Assembly (NCBI GenBank): GCA_013334395.1 | Contig: JAAXXS010000003.1 | Coordinates: 10,965 to 74,964, forward strand | DNA from: Holophagaceae bacterium | Lineage (GTDB): Bacteria > Acidobacteriota > Holophagae > Holophagales > Holophagaceae | Length of the DNA: 64,000 nt | Direction: 5' to 3' | Shown here: in pieces, positions 33,657 to 42,836 of the stretch | Layout of the letters: the number at the start of each line of letters is the position of its first letter | Numbering within the stretch: the first letter of the stretch is position 1 | Program-made: the position numbers and the translations under genes | The notes under the pieces: generated by a model | What the model was told of the DNA's origin: nothing | Databases searched by the model: none | Seen by the model: the letters and a program-made list of their open reading frames with translations, nothing else

Positions 33657-34999
33657 GCGACCTTCCCATCCCTGCACCCTGGAATCCCCACAGCTGGCAG
33701 CGCTGCCCGGCCGCGCAGCAGCCTGCCTACGACCAGCCTTCCGAGGTCGAGGCCGTGCTGGCGCGCCTGCGCAGGCTGCCGCCCCTGGTGGTGCCGGGCG
33801 AGATCACGCGCCTGCGCGGGCTGCTGGCCGAGGCCGCCGCCGGCCGGCGCTTCCTTCTCCAAGGCGGCGACTGCGCCGAGCGCTTCCAGGACTGCACCCC
33901 GGAGGCCATCGAAGGCAAGCTGCGGGTGCTGCTGCAGATGTCCGTGGCCCTCACCCACGGCGGCCGCAAGCCCGTGGTGCGCGTGGGGCGCATCGCCGGC
34001 CAGTTCGCCAAGCCCCGCAGCAAGCCCACCGAGCTGGTCCAGGGCCAGGAGCTGCCCAGCTACCGGGGCGACCTGATCAACGGCCTGGAGCCCGATCCCG
34101 CGAGCCGCCGGCCTGATCCCGGCCGCATGCTGGAGGCCTACTACCACTCCGCCGCCACCCTCAACCACCTGCGAGCCCTCACCGCCAGCGGCTTCGCAGA
34201 CCTGCACCACCCGGAGCGCTGGGAGCTTCCGGGCGGCTCCGGCGAGGTGCCCGCCTACCGGCGCACCCTGGATCAGGTGCGGGAGTCCCTGGACTTCCTG
34301 GAGGCCCTGGGCGGCATCCAGCGCGACGTCCTGGAGCGCATCGACTTCTTCACCAGCCACGAGGCCCTGCTGCTGCCCTACGAAGAGGCGCTGACCCGCT
34401 GGAGCGGCGAGGAAGGTGGCACCTACAACCTCGGGGCCCACACCCTCTGGGTGGGGGAGCGCACCCGCCAGCTGGACGGCGCCCACCTCGAATACCTCCG
34501 CGGCCTCCGGAACCCCCTGGGCGTGAAGGTGGGCCCCAGCGCCACCCCGAACCACCTGATCGCCCTGCTCGACCTGCTGGACCCCGACCGCGAGCCCGGC
34601 CGCATCACGCTGATCTCCCGCTTCGGCGCCACGCACATCCAGGCGGCCCTGCCCCCCCTGGTGGCGGCCGTCCGGGCCACGGACCACCCGGTGCTCTGGA
34701 GCTGTGACCCCATGCACGGGAACGGGGTCGAGAGCGCCTCCGGGCTCAAGACCCGGGACTTCGCCGCCATCCTCGCGGAGCTCCGCCTGGCCTTCGAGCT
34801 CCACCGGGCCCAGGGCTCCCACCTGGGCGGCGTCCACATTGAGCTCACGGGCGAGGCCGTCACCGAGTGCACGGGCGGCACCGAGCGCCTGTCCGAGGCC
34901 GACCTCAGCAAGGCCTACGAGACCGGCTGCGATCCCCGGCTGAACGACACCCAGAGCCTTGAGATGGCCTTCCTCATCGCCGAGATGATCCGGGGCTGA
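33653..34999 (+). CDS. Class II DAHP synthase (3-deoxy-7-phosphoheptulonate synthase)
   Basis: LQGGDCAE, GRIAGQFAKPRS, SHEALLL.YE, WVGERTRQ, CDPMHGN and CDPRLN motifs. Confidence 0.95.
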   Translation: MSDLPIPAPWNPHSWQRCPAAQQPAYDQPSEVEAVLARLRRLPPLVVPGEITRLRGLLAEAAAGRRFLLQGGDCAERFQDCTPEAIEGKLRVLLQMSVALTHGGRKPVVRVGRIAGQFAKPRSKPTELVQGQELPSYRGDLINGLEPDPASRRPDPGRMLEAYYHSAATLNHLRALTASGFADLHHPERWELPGGSGEVPAYRRTLDQVRESLDFLEALGGIQRDVLERIDFFTSHEALLLPYEEALTRWSGEEGGTYNLGAHTLWVGERTRQLDGAHLEYLRGLRNPLGVKVGPSATPNHLIALLDLLDPDREPGRITLISRFGATHIQAALPPLVAAVRATDHPVLWSCDPMHGNGVESASGLKTRDFAAILAELRLAFELHRAQGSHLGGVHIELTGEAVTECTGGTERLSEADLSKAYETGCDPRLNDTQSLEMAFLIAEMIRG

Positions 35000-35002
35000 G
35001 CC

Positions 35003-35752
35003 TCACTGCACCGTGGGATGGACGCCCTCGGGGCCCAGGCGCAGGACGAGCTGCTCGAAGCCGGCGCCGAGGCAGACCTCCGCGCCGGCTACCAGGCCAT
35101 GCAGCGGCTTCAGCTTCGGGGGCGGGAGGAGCAGCACCTCCCCGGCCCGCAGCGGGGGCAGGTCCAGGCCCTCCCAGGCCTTGAGGGGCGCGCTCCGCCG
35201 GAGGCCCCCCGACCGCAGCTCCAGGCTGCCCGCGGGCCAGGTCTCCGTCAGCCAGGCCCCCAGGATCAGGCTGCCGGCCTCCTCCAGGGCGAGACAGAAG
35301 CCCCCGATGGCACCGCCGGCCAGCCCCACGGCGGCCATAGAGGGCTGGGGCGGGGCCGTGAGCTCCGCACCCGGCCCCTGGACACCGAAGCGGTCCAAGT
35401 GGGAGCCCTCCATCCGGCGCAGCGCCGCGGGCCGGGGCAGGCAGGGGCCCAGGGCCACCGCCGAGGCCATCGGCGCCAGGAACTCGGGCAGGGTCCCCCG
35501 CCGGTCCCACTTCTCGGCATAGGCCACGGTCTGGCGCACCCGGGCCAGAGCCCGGGGCCCCCCGTCCAGCAGGCGGCGCAGGCTCGCGGGCACCAGCACC
35601 TCGGCCAGCCGGTCGGGGTCCCCCTCGCCCAGCTTCCGCAGGCGGAGGGCCTCGATGCGGCTCAGGTCCGCCAGGCGACCGGAGTCCAGCCGGGCCACCA
35701 GGGCCCGCCGGACCGCCGGACCCTCGTCCCAGGTGGCGGTGCCCAGCAGCAT
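35003..35752 (-). CDS. Hypothetical protein (249 aa)
   Basis: ATGA overlap with the upstream thioesterase; fills the gap up to the convergent DAHP synthase stop. Confidence 0.65.
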   Translation of the reverse strand: MLLGTATWDEGPAVRRALVARLDSGRLADLSRIEALRLRKLGEGDPDRLAEVLVPASLRRLLDGGPRALARVRQTVAYAEKWDRRGTLPEFLAPMASAVALGPCLPRPAALRRMEGSHLDRFGVQGPGAELTAPPQPSMAAVGLAGGAIGGFCLALEEAGSLILGAWLTETWPAGSLELRSGGLRRSAPLKAWEGLDLPPLRAGEVLLLPPPKLKPLHGLVAGAEVCLGAGFEQLVLRLGPEGVHPTVQ

Positions 35753-36147
35753 CAGGCTTGGGCTTCAACCCACTCCCGCGTGGTGGCGGAGAGGGCCTTG
35801 GGGCGGTTGGTGGCGAAGTCCAGCATCACCTGGACCGACTTGCCCTCGGCGAAGAGCTCGCCGACAAGGCCCTTGGTGATGCGGTAGGTGAGCTCGAAGG
35901 AGCTGTTGCCCACCCGGCTGCAGTGCAACTCCACGCGGACGTCGTCCCCCAGCAGGATGGGCATGCGGTAGTCCACCTCCACCCGGGCCAGCAGGAATCC
36001 TTCTTCCTGGAACTTGCGGCCCCCAAGGTAGCTCCGCCACCACTGGAACCGCGCCTGCTCCATGTAGGTCACGATCATGGCATTGTTCACATGGCCCATG
36101 GCGTCCAGATCGCCGAACCTGACCTCGATGGGATGGGAGAATGGCAT
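35752..36147 (-). CDS. Acyl-CoA thioesterase (4HBT/YbgC-like hotdog fold)
   Basis: VRFGDLDAMGHVNN..Y.EQAR; GGAGG SD. Confidence 0.93.
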   Translation of the reverse strand: MPFSHPIEVRFGDLDAMGHVNNAMIVTYMEQARFQWWRSYLGGRKFQEEGFLLARVEVDYRMPILLGDDVRVELHCSRVGNSSFELTYRITKGLVGELFAEGKSVQVMLDFATNRPKALSATTREWVEAQA

Positions 36148-36192
36148 GGTGCCTCCGATGCAACTACCTTAACGCCAACCCTGGAATCGACG

Positions 36193-36558
36193 ATGCCCGC
36201 GCCCCTGCTCCTCGCCTATGACCCCGCCTGCACCCTCTGTTGCCGCATGGCCCTCTGGCTGGCCCGGCGAGACCGGAAAGGGCTGCTCCTGGTGGTCTCC
36301 CTGCGCGACCCGGAGCTGCTGCGCCTGGGCCCGGAGCTGGCCGGGAAGCCGCTCGAACGGGAGATCCACGGCCTCGACCTGACCACCCGGGAGGTGCGCG
36401 CCGGGGCCGACCTGCTGCGCCCCATCGCCCGCCGGCTGCCGGGCTGGCGGTGGCTGGCCCCCCTGCTGGCCCTGCCCGGCTGCCCCGGACTGGTCAACCG
36501 CATCTACCTCCGCTGGTCCGTCTGGCGATTCCGACGCACGGGCCGGCAGCCGTTCTAG
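36193..36558 (+). CDS. DCC1-like thiol-disulfide oxidoreductase (DUF393)
   Basis: N-terminal YDPACTLC (DxxCxxC) motif. Confidence 0.82.
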   Translation: MPAPLLLAYDPACTLCCRMALWLARRDRKGLLLVVSLRDPELLRLGPELAGKPLEREIHGLDLTTREVRAGADLLRPIARRLPGWRWLAPLLALPGCPGLVNRIYLRWSVWRFRRTGRQPF

Positions 36559-36596
36559 GAATCCCCGTCCCTGCCGCTCTCGCGTAGCCTGGAGCC

Positions 36597-37931
36597 ATGT
36601 CCGCTCCTTCTCGCCAGTCCTGGCACCCCGACCGCCGCTGGGCCGATTCCCTCATCGCCCTGCTGGCCCTGTTGGCCCTGCTGGTGGCGGGGCTGACCCT
36701 CTCGGCCCGCCAGCGCAGCGCCCGGCGCCCCTCGGAACGGGCCAGCCTGCAGGGCCGCCTCATGGAAGTGGCCCTGGGAGGGCCGGCCCTGCTGCTGCAC
36801 CAGGACGGGCCTTCGCGGGACTGGACCCGGGCCGAGCGCCAGGCCCGAGAGCCCTGGGACCGGGCGCTGCTGGCCGTCCTGAGGGCAGAGCTTGGTGAGC
36901 AGAAGGAGCCAACCGGACACTGGCTGGACGGAATCACCCCGGCCGGGGCGGGGGGGCCAGGCTTTCGGCGCGTCTGCCTTGCCGCCTATGCCGGGGCGCC
37001 CCTCCCGAGCAGCGCTGACCGAACCGAAATCCATCGCCGCCTCGGGAACGGCTATGCCGCCGACCTGCTGGAAGCCCGCCTCCGGGACCGAGAGTCTGGA
37101 GGCGAGGCGCTCCGCGCCCAGGCCCGCCGGACCCTGACCACCCGCCTCGCTGGACTCGCGGCCATGGGCTTGCTGGTCGTGGGTGCTGCGGTGGGCGGCC
37201 TGGTCCTGCTCATCTACCTGCTGGCGACCCGGCCCCTGCCCCAGCCGCTGCCCGCTTGGTCCCTGTCCGGCCGGGCCGCAGCCCTGGTCCTCCTGACCTG
37301 GTTCCTGGGCTTCTTCCTGGCCAGCAACCTCGCGGGGCTGCTGCTCGCGCCCTGGCCCGGGCTTCGGTGGCTCGCCATCCCCCTGGGCTACACCCTCCAT
37401 GCGGCGCTAGGCGTCCGCCTGCTCTGCTGGGCCGAGGGGCTCAGCCTGCGGGAGCTCTGGCAGCGGGTGGCGCCGGGCCGCCCGGGTCGGGACCTCGCGT
37501 GGGGCGGCGCCTTCCTGGGCCTGGCGGTGCTGCTGGTGCTGGCCGTGGCCCTGGTGGCGGGACCGCTGCTGAGCCCCGACCAGAGTCCCCAGCGGGACCT
37601 GCAGGAGCTGCTGCGCAGCCTGCGCGGCTGGCTCCCGAACCTGGCCCTGTTCCTGACGGTCACCCTGCTGGCCCCCTGCTTCGAGGAGCTGCTCTTCCGC
37701 GGCTTCCTCCTGCCCGTCCTGGCCCGGAAGCAGCGGCTCGCGCTGGCGCTGGCGCTGTCCGCCCTGCTCTTCGGGGCCATCCACCTCCAGCCCGCGGGGC
37801 TGCCCACCCTCAGCACCCTCGGCCTGGTCATGGGGCTGGCCCTGCGCCACACCGGCAGCCTCCGCACCCCCATCCTCATCCATGCCTGCTGGAATGGCAG
37901 CCAGTTCCTGCTGCTGCGGGCCTTCGCCTGA
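36597..37931 (+). CDS. CPBP (Abi/CAAX) intramembrane glutamic endopeptidase with a large N-terminal domain
   Basis: EELLFRG, LFGAIH and HACWN motifs in the C-terminal multi-TM part. Confidence 0.88.
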   Translation: MSAPSRQSWHPDRRWADSLIALLALLALLVAGLTLSARQRSARRPSERASLQGRLMEVALGGPALLLHQDGPSRDWTRAERQAREPWDRALLAVLRAELGEQKEPTGHWLDGITPAGAGGPGFRRVCLAAYAGAPLPSSADRTEIHRRLGNGYAADLLEARLRDRESGGEALRAQARRTLTTRLAGLAAMGLLVVGAAVGGLVLLIYLLATRPLPQPLPAWSLSGRAAALVLLTWFLGFFLASNLAGLLLAPWPGLRWLAIPLGYTLHAALGVRLLCWAEGLSLRELWQRVAPGRPGRDLAWGGAFLGLAVLLVLAVALVAGPLLSPDQSPQRDLQELLRSLRGWLPNLALFLTVTLLAPCFEELLFRGFLLPVLARKQRLALALALSALLFGAIHLQPAGLPTLSTLGLVMGLALRHTGSLRTPILIHACWNGSQFLLLRAFA

Positions 37932-39152
37932 TCAGGACTTGAGCCTGAACCGGGAGATCGCGGGCGCCAGCCACCAGAAGAGCTGGAGGACCACGAAGAT
38001 GAAGACCGCCCACTTGAGGATCCGGACCCAGTCGATCTGGCCCGGACTGGACCCCGCCGGGGCCTTTCGGGACGCCAGGTAGCTCTCGACGGGGTCCTCC
38101 GCAAGGTCGATCTTCAGCGCCCGTCCCGACCGGGACCGGGTGACCGTGGGGGCCGGACCGCTCTCCTCCAGACCCAGCTCCGCGATGCGGAACCGGGCGG
38201 TGGATACGCTGCTGCCATCCTCCTCCTGGCCCAGGGCCGCGAAGAGCCGGGCCCGCATGCTGGCCGGACCGGGCAGGGCATCGATGAGCTCCTCCATGAA
38301 CTCCGGCAGGGTGGTGTAGCGGTCATCGGGATCGACGGCGAGGGCCCGGTTGAACACCGCCGCCAGCCTCGGAGGGAGGTCCGGCGGCAGGGTCACCGGC
38401 TCCCGCAGGATGTGGACGATGATCTCCGTGATGCCGCTGCCGGGGTGGGGCAGCTGGCCCGTCAGCAGCTCGAAGGCGGTGGCGGCAAAGCTGTAGCGGT
38501 CCGAGGCGGGCGTGCCCTCTCCTCCCCGCAGGACCTCCGGCGGAGCGTAGGCGGGCGACCCGAGGAAGTCCCCAACCCGGGTCAGCCGAAGGGCGATGGT
38601 CAGGGCAGGGTTTTCGGCGCCATCGGGCCCTGGCAGCGCCGGGTCCAGGAGCGGCTCGGCGTCCACGCTTGGGTGGCCCATGCTCCGGGCGATGCCGAAG
38701 TCCATGAGCTTGGCCCGGCCCTCCTCGCTGAGCAGGATGTTCTCCGGCTTCACGTCCCGGTGGAGGATGGCCTGCCGGTGAGCCGCCCGCAGGGCCCGCA
38801 TGGCCTGGATCAGCACCCTCGCGGCGGTCTCCTGGTCGAGGCTCTTCTCCTTGATGTGCTTGTCGAGGCTCTTGCCTTCGACGTATTCCATGGCCAGGAA
38901 GGGACCCAGCTCCTCCTCCACGCCCACGTCATAGATGGTCACCAGGTTGGGGTGGTTCAGCTGGGCGCTGATCTCGGCCTCGCGGCGGAATCGCAGCGCG
39001 GCCTGGTGCCGGGCGGCCCCGGTGACCCGGACCACCTTGATGGCCACCCGCCGCTTGAGCAGAGGATCCTCGGCCAGGTAGACCGTCCCCATGCCCCCCT
39101 GGCCAATGGGGCGCAGAACCTGGTACCTGCCGATGGTCTTGGGGTCCGCCAT
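37932..39152 (-). CDS. Hanks-type Ser/Thr protein kinase with a C-terminal TM anchor
   Basis: GQGGMGTVY, VAIK, HRDVKPEN and DFG motifs; hydrophobic C-terminus. Confidence 0.92.
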   Translation of the reverse strand: MADPKTIGRYQVLRPIGQGGMGTVYLAEDPLLKRRVAIKVVRVTGAARHQAALRFRREAEISAQLNHPNLVTIYDVGVEEELGPFLAMEYVEGKSLDKHIKEKSLDQETAARVLIQAMRALRAAHRQAILHRDVKPENILLSEEGRAKLMDFGIARSMGHPSVDAEPLLDPALPGPDGAENPALTIALRLTRVGDFLGSPAYAPPEVLRGGEGTPASDRYSFAATAFELLTGQLPHPGSGITEIIVHILREPVTLPPDLPPRLAAVFNRALAVDPDDRYTTLPEFMEELIDALPGPASMRARLFAALGQEEDGSSVSTARFRIAELGLEESGPAPTVTRSRSGRALKIDLAEDPVESYLASRKAPAGSSPGQIDWVRILKWAVFIFVVLQLFWWLAPAISRFRLKS

Positions 39153-39227
39153 GGAACTGAGATTCTAACCGCGAGACCCCCTCCCGGAGTCGGGGTAGAA
39201 TGGAGGATTCGACCCACTGGAGTCCCC

Positions 39228-39803
39228 ATGGCCGCCCTGCTCGAAGCCATCGAGATCAAGCGCAAGATGTTCTTCCAACTCGAGGACACCCCCTATCACT
39301 GCCTGGACGTGGAGATCTCGACCCCCACGGCCCGGGGCGGGCAGACCCTGGTCCGGATCAAGATGCGGAACCTGCTGACTCGGGCGGTCTTCGACAAGAC
39401 CTTCAAGGCCGGCGACAAGTTCAAGGAGCCGGACCTGGTCCTCCAGGAGTCCAGCTACCTCTACAGCGATGGCGAGGGCTCCCACTTCATGGATCAGGAG
39501 ACCTACGAGACCCACACCCTCGGCCCGGACCTGCTCGGCGATGCCCTGGACTACCTCACCGAGGGCCTCATGGTGCAGATCCAGAAGTTCAACGGCAACC
39601 CAATCGGCCTGCAGATGCCAAGTCAGGTGGAGCTCACCGTCACCTACACTGAGCCCGGCGCCCGCGGCGACACGGCCAGCGGCAACGTCACCAAGCCCGC
39701 CAAGCTGGAGACCGGCATCGAGATCAAGGTGCCCCTCTTCATTAAGGAGGGCGAGAAGGTGAAGGTCAGCACCGAAACGGGCGAGTTCGCGGGCCGGGCC
39801 TGA
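39228..39803 (+). CDS. Elongation factor P family protein with an EfpL/YeiP-type Arg loop
   Basis: PTARGG loop; PGARGDTA, KPAKLETG and VPLFI motifs; GGAG SD before ATG 39228. Confidence 0.92.
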   Translation: MAALLEAIEIKRKMFFQLEDTPYHCLDVEISTPTARGGQTLVRIKMRNLLTRAVFDKTFKAGDKFKEPDLVLQESSYLYSDGEGSHFMDQETYETHTLGPDLLGDALDYLTEGLMVQIQKFNGNPIGLQMPSQVELTVTYTEPGARGDTASGNVTKPAKLETGIEIKVPLFIKEGEKVKVSTETGEFAGRA

Positions 39804-39819
39804 TGTTCCTGGCCGCCTG

Positions 39820-40938
39820 ATGTCCCGCAAGTTCCGCCTGGGCCAGAGCCGGGAGGCTCAGGATCTGGACCACCGGGAGGTCTACTCCAGCGAGCGGGCC
39901 ACGGACAGCAAGCGGCGCCAGCGTCGGGCCGAGCGCCTGGAGACCGGCATCGAGGCCCACGACGCCCAGTCCCTGCTGCGCCTGCCGGATCCGACTCCCT
40001 GGCTGCACCTGCCCGAGGCCACGCTGATCCAGCGCCACAGCCAGTGGGTGGACCTGGAGCTCGCCGATCACTCGATCCTCTGCGCCACCCTGGGGGGCAA
40101 GCTCAAGGGGGTCCACCTGGTCTGCGGGGACCGAGTGCGCTATGCCCCCATGCCCGTGGAGGCCACCGACGCCAAGCGGCCCCAGGGCCAGGTCGTGGCC
40201 GTGATGCCCCGGAAGTCCCTGCTCAAGCGGGGCGGCAGCGATGACCGCGAGCCCTGGCAGCTCATCTGCGCCAACGCCGACGAGCTCTGGATCTGCGCCG
40301 CCGTGGTGGACCCCCCCCTGCGGCCCGGCCTGCTGGAGCGGGCCCAGCTGCTGGCCCTGGATGCCGGGCTCACCTTCCGCGTCCTGATCACCAAGCGGGA
40401 CCGGGCTTCCAAGAAGGACACCCTGCCCGAGCTGGATCCCCTGCGGGAGCAGGGTGTCGCCATCCATGAGACCTCGGCCCTGAACGGCGAGGGCATCGAG
40501 CCCCTGCGCGCCCTTCTGCGGGACCGCGTGGTCGTGCTGCTGGGCCACAGCGGGGTCGGCAAGAGCACCCTGGTGAACGCCCTGCGGCCCGACTCGGTCC
40601 TGAAGACCGGCACCCTGACCAAGTTCGGCACCGGGAAACAGACCACCACTGCGGCCCGCTGGCTGCCCCTGGCCCAGGAAGCTGGCCCCGGTGGCGGCAT
40701 CCTCGTGGACACACCGGGCATCCGCACCCTCAGCGTGCGGGGCTTCGACCGGGCCCTGCTGGCCCGGGTCTTCCCGGAGTTCCCCGCCGAGGTGCTGGAA
40801 GAGCCCTGCGCCTTCGATCCCGAGGACGATGAGACCCTGGACCGCCTGGACCTGGCCTACCCGGAGCGATTGCAGAGCCTTCAGCGGCTCTGGCTGGAGA
40901 TGGACACCCGCAATCCCAACCAGAACGTGTGGCGCTGA
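39820..40938 (+). CDS. rsgA: Ribosome small subunit-dependent GTPase A (circularly permuted GTPase)
   Basis: G4 TKRD, then G1 GHSGVGKST, G2 TTT and G3 DTPG; N-terminal OB-like region. Confidence 0.88.
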   Translation: MSRKFRLGQSREAQDLDHREVYSSERATDSKRRQRRAERLETGIEAHDAQSLLRLPDPTPWLHLPEATLIQRHSQWVDLELADHSILCATLGGKLKGVHLVCGDRVRYAPMPVEATDAKRPQGQVVAVMPRKSLLKRGGSDDREPWQLICANADELWICAAVVDPPLRPGLLERAQLLALDAGLTFRVLITKRDRASKKDTLPELDPLREQGVAIHETSALNGEGIEPLRALLRDRVVVLLGHSGVGKSTLVNALRPDSVLKTGTLTKFGTGKQTTTAARWLPLAQEAGPGGGILVDTPGIRTLSVRGFDRALLARVFPEFPAEVLEEPCAFDPEDDETLDRLDLAYPERLQSLQRLWLEMDTRNPNQNVWR

Positions 40939-41885
40939 TGCAGGACCGCATGCAGTCCGAGTCCAAGGTCCTGGGGCTGCTCTACCAGGCGGTCTTCGGC
41001 TCCCTGTTCCCCCTCTTCCACGTCGCGGCCCGCACCTTCGCCCGCCGGGAGCGCGCCCACGACGTTGCCGACCAGATCGCCAATGCGTTCCTGACCCTGC
41101 GACCCAAGTATCTGGACGCCATCCTGGGCAACACCGCCCGGGTGCTGGGGCGGCCTCCCAGCCATCCGGAGGTGGGCCGGGTTTCCCGGGAGATGGTTCG
41201 CCAGCATGCCCGGGCCTGGGTGGACTTCTTCTACTTCGGCCAGCGGCCCATCGAGGAAGCCCTGGCCCAGTTCGCCAGCATCGAGGGAGAGGATCGCCTG
41301 GACGCGGCCGTTGCCCAGGGGCGGGGTGTCATCCTGCTCACGGCCCACGCCGGCAACTACGAGCTGGGGGGCCTCCTGCTCCGGGCCCGGAACCTGAAGG
41401 TCCACGCCGTCTACAAGCCCGACCGCTTCGAGGCCGTGGAGCGGCTGCGGGAGCAGCTGCGCTCCCAGGGCGGGGTGGTGGGGGTTCCCGTGGACGGCGT
41501 GGGCTTCTCCACGCTGCCTCTGGTGAAGCTGCTGCGGGAGGGCGCCATGGTGGGCATGCAGGGGGACCGGGACTTCAGCCTGAACGGCCTGCCCATGCCC
41601 TTCTTCGGGCGGGAGGTGCACTTCCCCCGGGGCCCCTGGGAGCTGTCCGCCATGACGGGGGCCCCCATCGTCACCACCTTCTTCTTCACGGACGAGGAAC
41701 GCCAGTTCCACGCCAGCTTCGGGGAGCCCCTCACCATTCGAGGCGCCCGGGGCGAGCGCATGGCCGCCATCGAAGCCGGCATGCGGACCTACGTGGCCGA
41801 CCTGGAGGCCCTGCTCCGGCGGCACCCCAGCCAGTGGTACTGTTTCTATCCCTTCTGGGATGATCCGGCCCGAAGCGGAACTTGA
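40938..41885 (+). CDS. Lipid A/lysophospholipid acyltransferase (LpxL/HtrB-like family)
   Basis: GRGVILLTAHAGNYE, GDRD, FFGR and QWYCFYPFW motifs; TGATG coupling to rsgA. Confidence 0.85.
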   Translation: MQDRMQSESKVLGLLYQAVFGSLFPLFHVAARTFARRERAHDVADQIANAFLTLRPKYLDAILGNTARVLGRPPSHPEVGRVSREMVRQHARAWVDFFYFGQRPIEEALAQFASIEGEDRLDAAVAQGRGVILLTAHAGNYELGGLLLRARNLKVHAVYKPDRFEAVERLREQLRSQGGVVGVPVDGVGFSTLPLVKLLREGAMVGMQGDRDFSLNGLPMPFFGREVHFPRGPWELSAMTGAPIVTTFFFTDEERQFHASFGEPLTIRGARGERMAAIEAGMRTYVADLEALLRRHPSQWYCFYPFWDDPARSGT

Positions 41886-41991
41886 TCACGCCTGCCCCCC
41901 TGGCCCCTGCGCCTTTCACTTCCGATGTGGGATGATTGACCAAGCTCAGGGCTGACCGACCTGTCCCCTGTTCCTTCTAGGAGTTCGACCC

Positions 41992-42768
41992 ATGCGCGTT
42001 TTCGTTCCAGTCCTGCTTGCGGCGGCAGCCATCCTCGGCCTCCAGTCGTGCAAATCCAAGGGATCCGATGCCGTCGTGGCCGCCCCCACCCAGCCCGGCA
42101 CCGGGGCCCCTGCTGCCCCCGCAGGCGCCGAGACCATCTCCGGCACGGTGCTCGAGCGCATCGATGCCGCCCCCTACTGCTACCTGCGCCTCAAGACCGC
42201 CAAGGGCGAAGTCTGGGCCGCGGTACCCGAGGCCAAGATCGAGAAGGGCGCCGAGATCACCCTTGCCTCCCCCATGCTCATGAACAACTTCGAGTCCAAG
42301 ACCCTGAAGCGCACCTTCCCTGAGATCTACTTCGGCAACGTGGCCCCGGCCGGTGGCGCGCCTGCGACCCCGGCGGCGACCCCCGCCCCCGGCGCCAACC
42401 CCCACGCCCAGGTGGGCAACACGACCGCGACCATCGAGGTCGGCAAGGTCGACAAGGCCAGCGGCTCCGATGCCCGCACCGTGGCCGAGATCTGGGCCCA
42501 GAAGGGCAGCCTCAAGGGCAAGACCGTCACCGTGCGTGGCAAGGTCGTGCGCTACAGCGCTGGCGTCATGGGCAAGAACTGGATGCACCTCCAGGACGGC
42601 AGCGGCGATGCCGGCAAGGGCACCAACGACATCACGGTGACCAGCCAGGACGGGGCCGCCAAGGGCGATGTCGTGACCGCCAAGGGCACCGTGGCCACGG
42701 ACAAGGACTTCGGCGCGGGATATACCTACGCGATGATCATCGAGGAAGCCAAGGTCCAGAAGAAGTAG
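41992..42768 (+). CDS. Exported lipoprotein with OB-fold-like domains
   Basis: Lipobox-like LQSC; TVTVRGKVV...NWMHLQDG...GDVVTAKGTV pattern; AGGAG SD. Confidence 0.75.
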   Translation: MRVFVPVLLAAAAILGLQSCKSKGSDAVVAAPTQPGTGAPAAPAGAETISGTVLERIDAAPYCYLRLKTAKGEVWAAVPEAKIEKGAEITLASPMLMNNFESKTLKRTFPEIYFGNVAPAGGAPATPAATPAPGANPHAQVGNTTATIEVGKVDKASGSDARTVAEIWAQKGSLKGKTVTVRGKVVRYSAGVMGKNWMHLQDGSGDAGKGTNDITVTSQDGAAKGDVVTAKGTVATDKDFGAGYTYAMIIEEAKVQKK

Positions 42769-42787
42769 CCCTAAACCGCCGTTCCAG

Positions 42788-42824
42788 CATGAAAAACGGG
42801 CGCCTCTGGCGCCCGTTTTTCATG
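42788..42824. terminator. Bidirectional terminator
   Basis: catgaaaaacgggcgcc-tct-ggcgcccgtttttcatg, 17-bp stem. Confidence 0.88.
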
Positions 42825-42836
42825 AGTGATTCTGGG

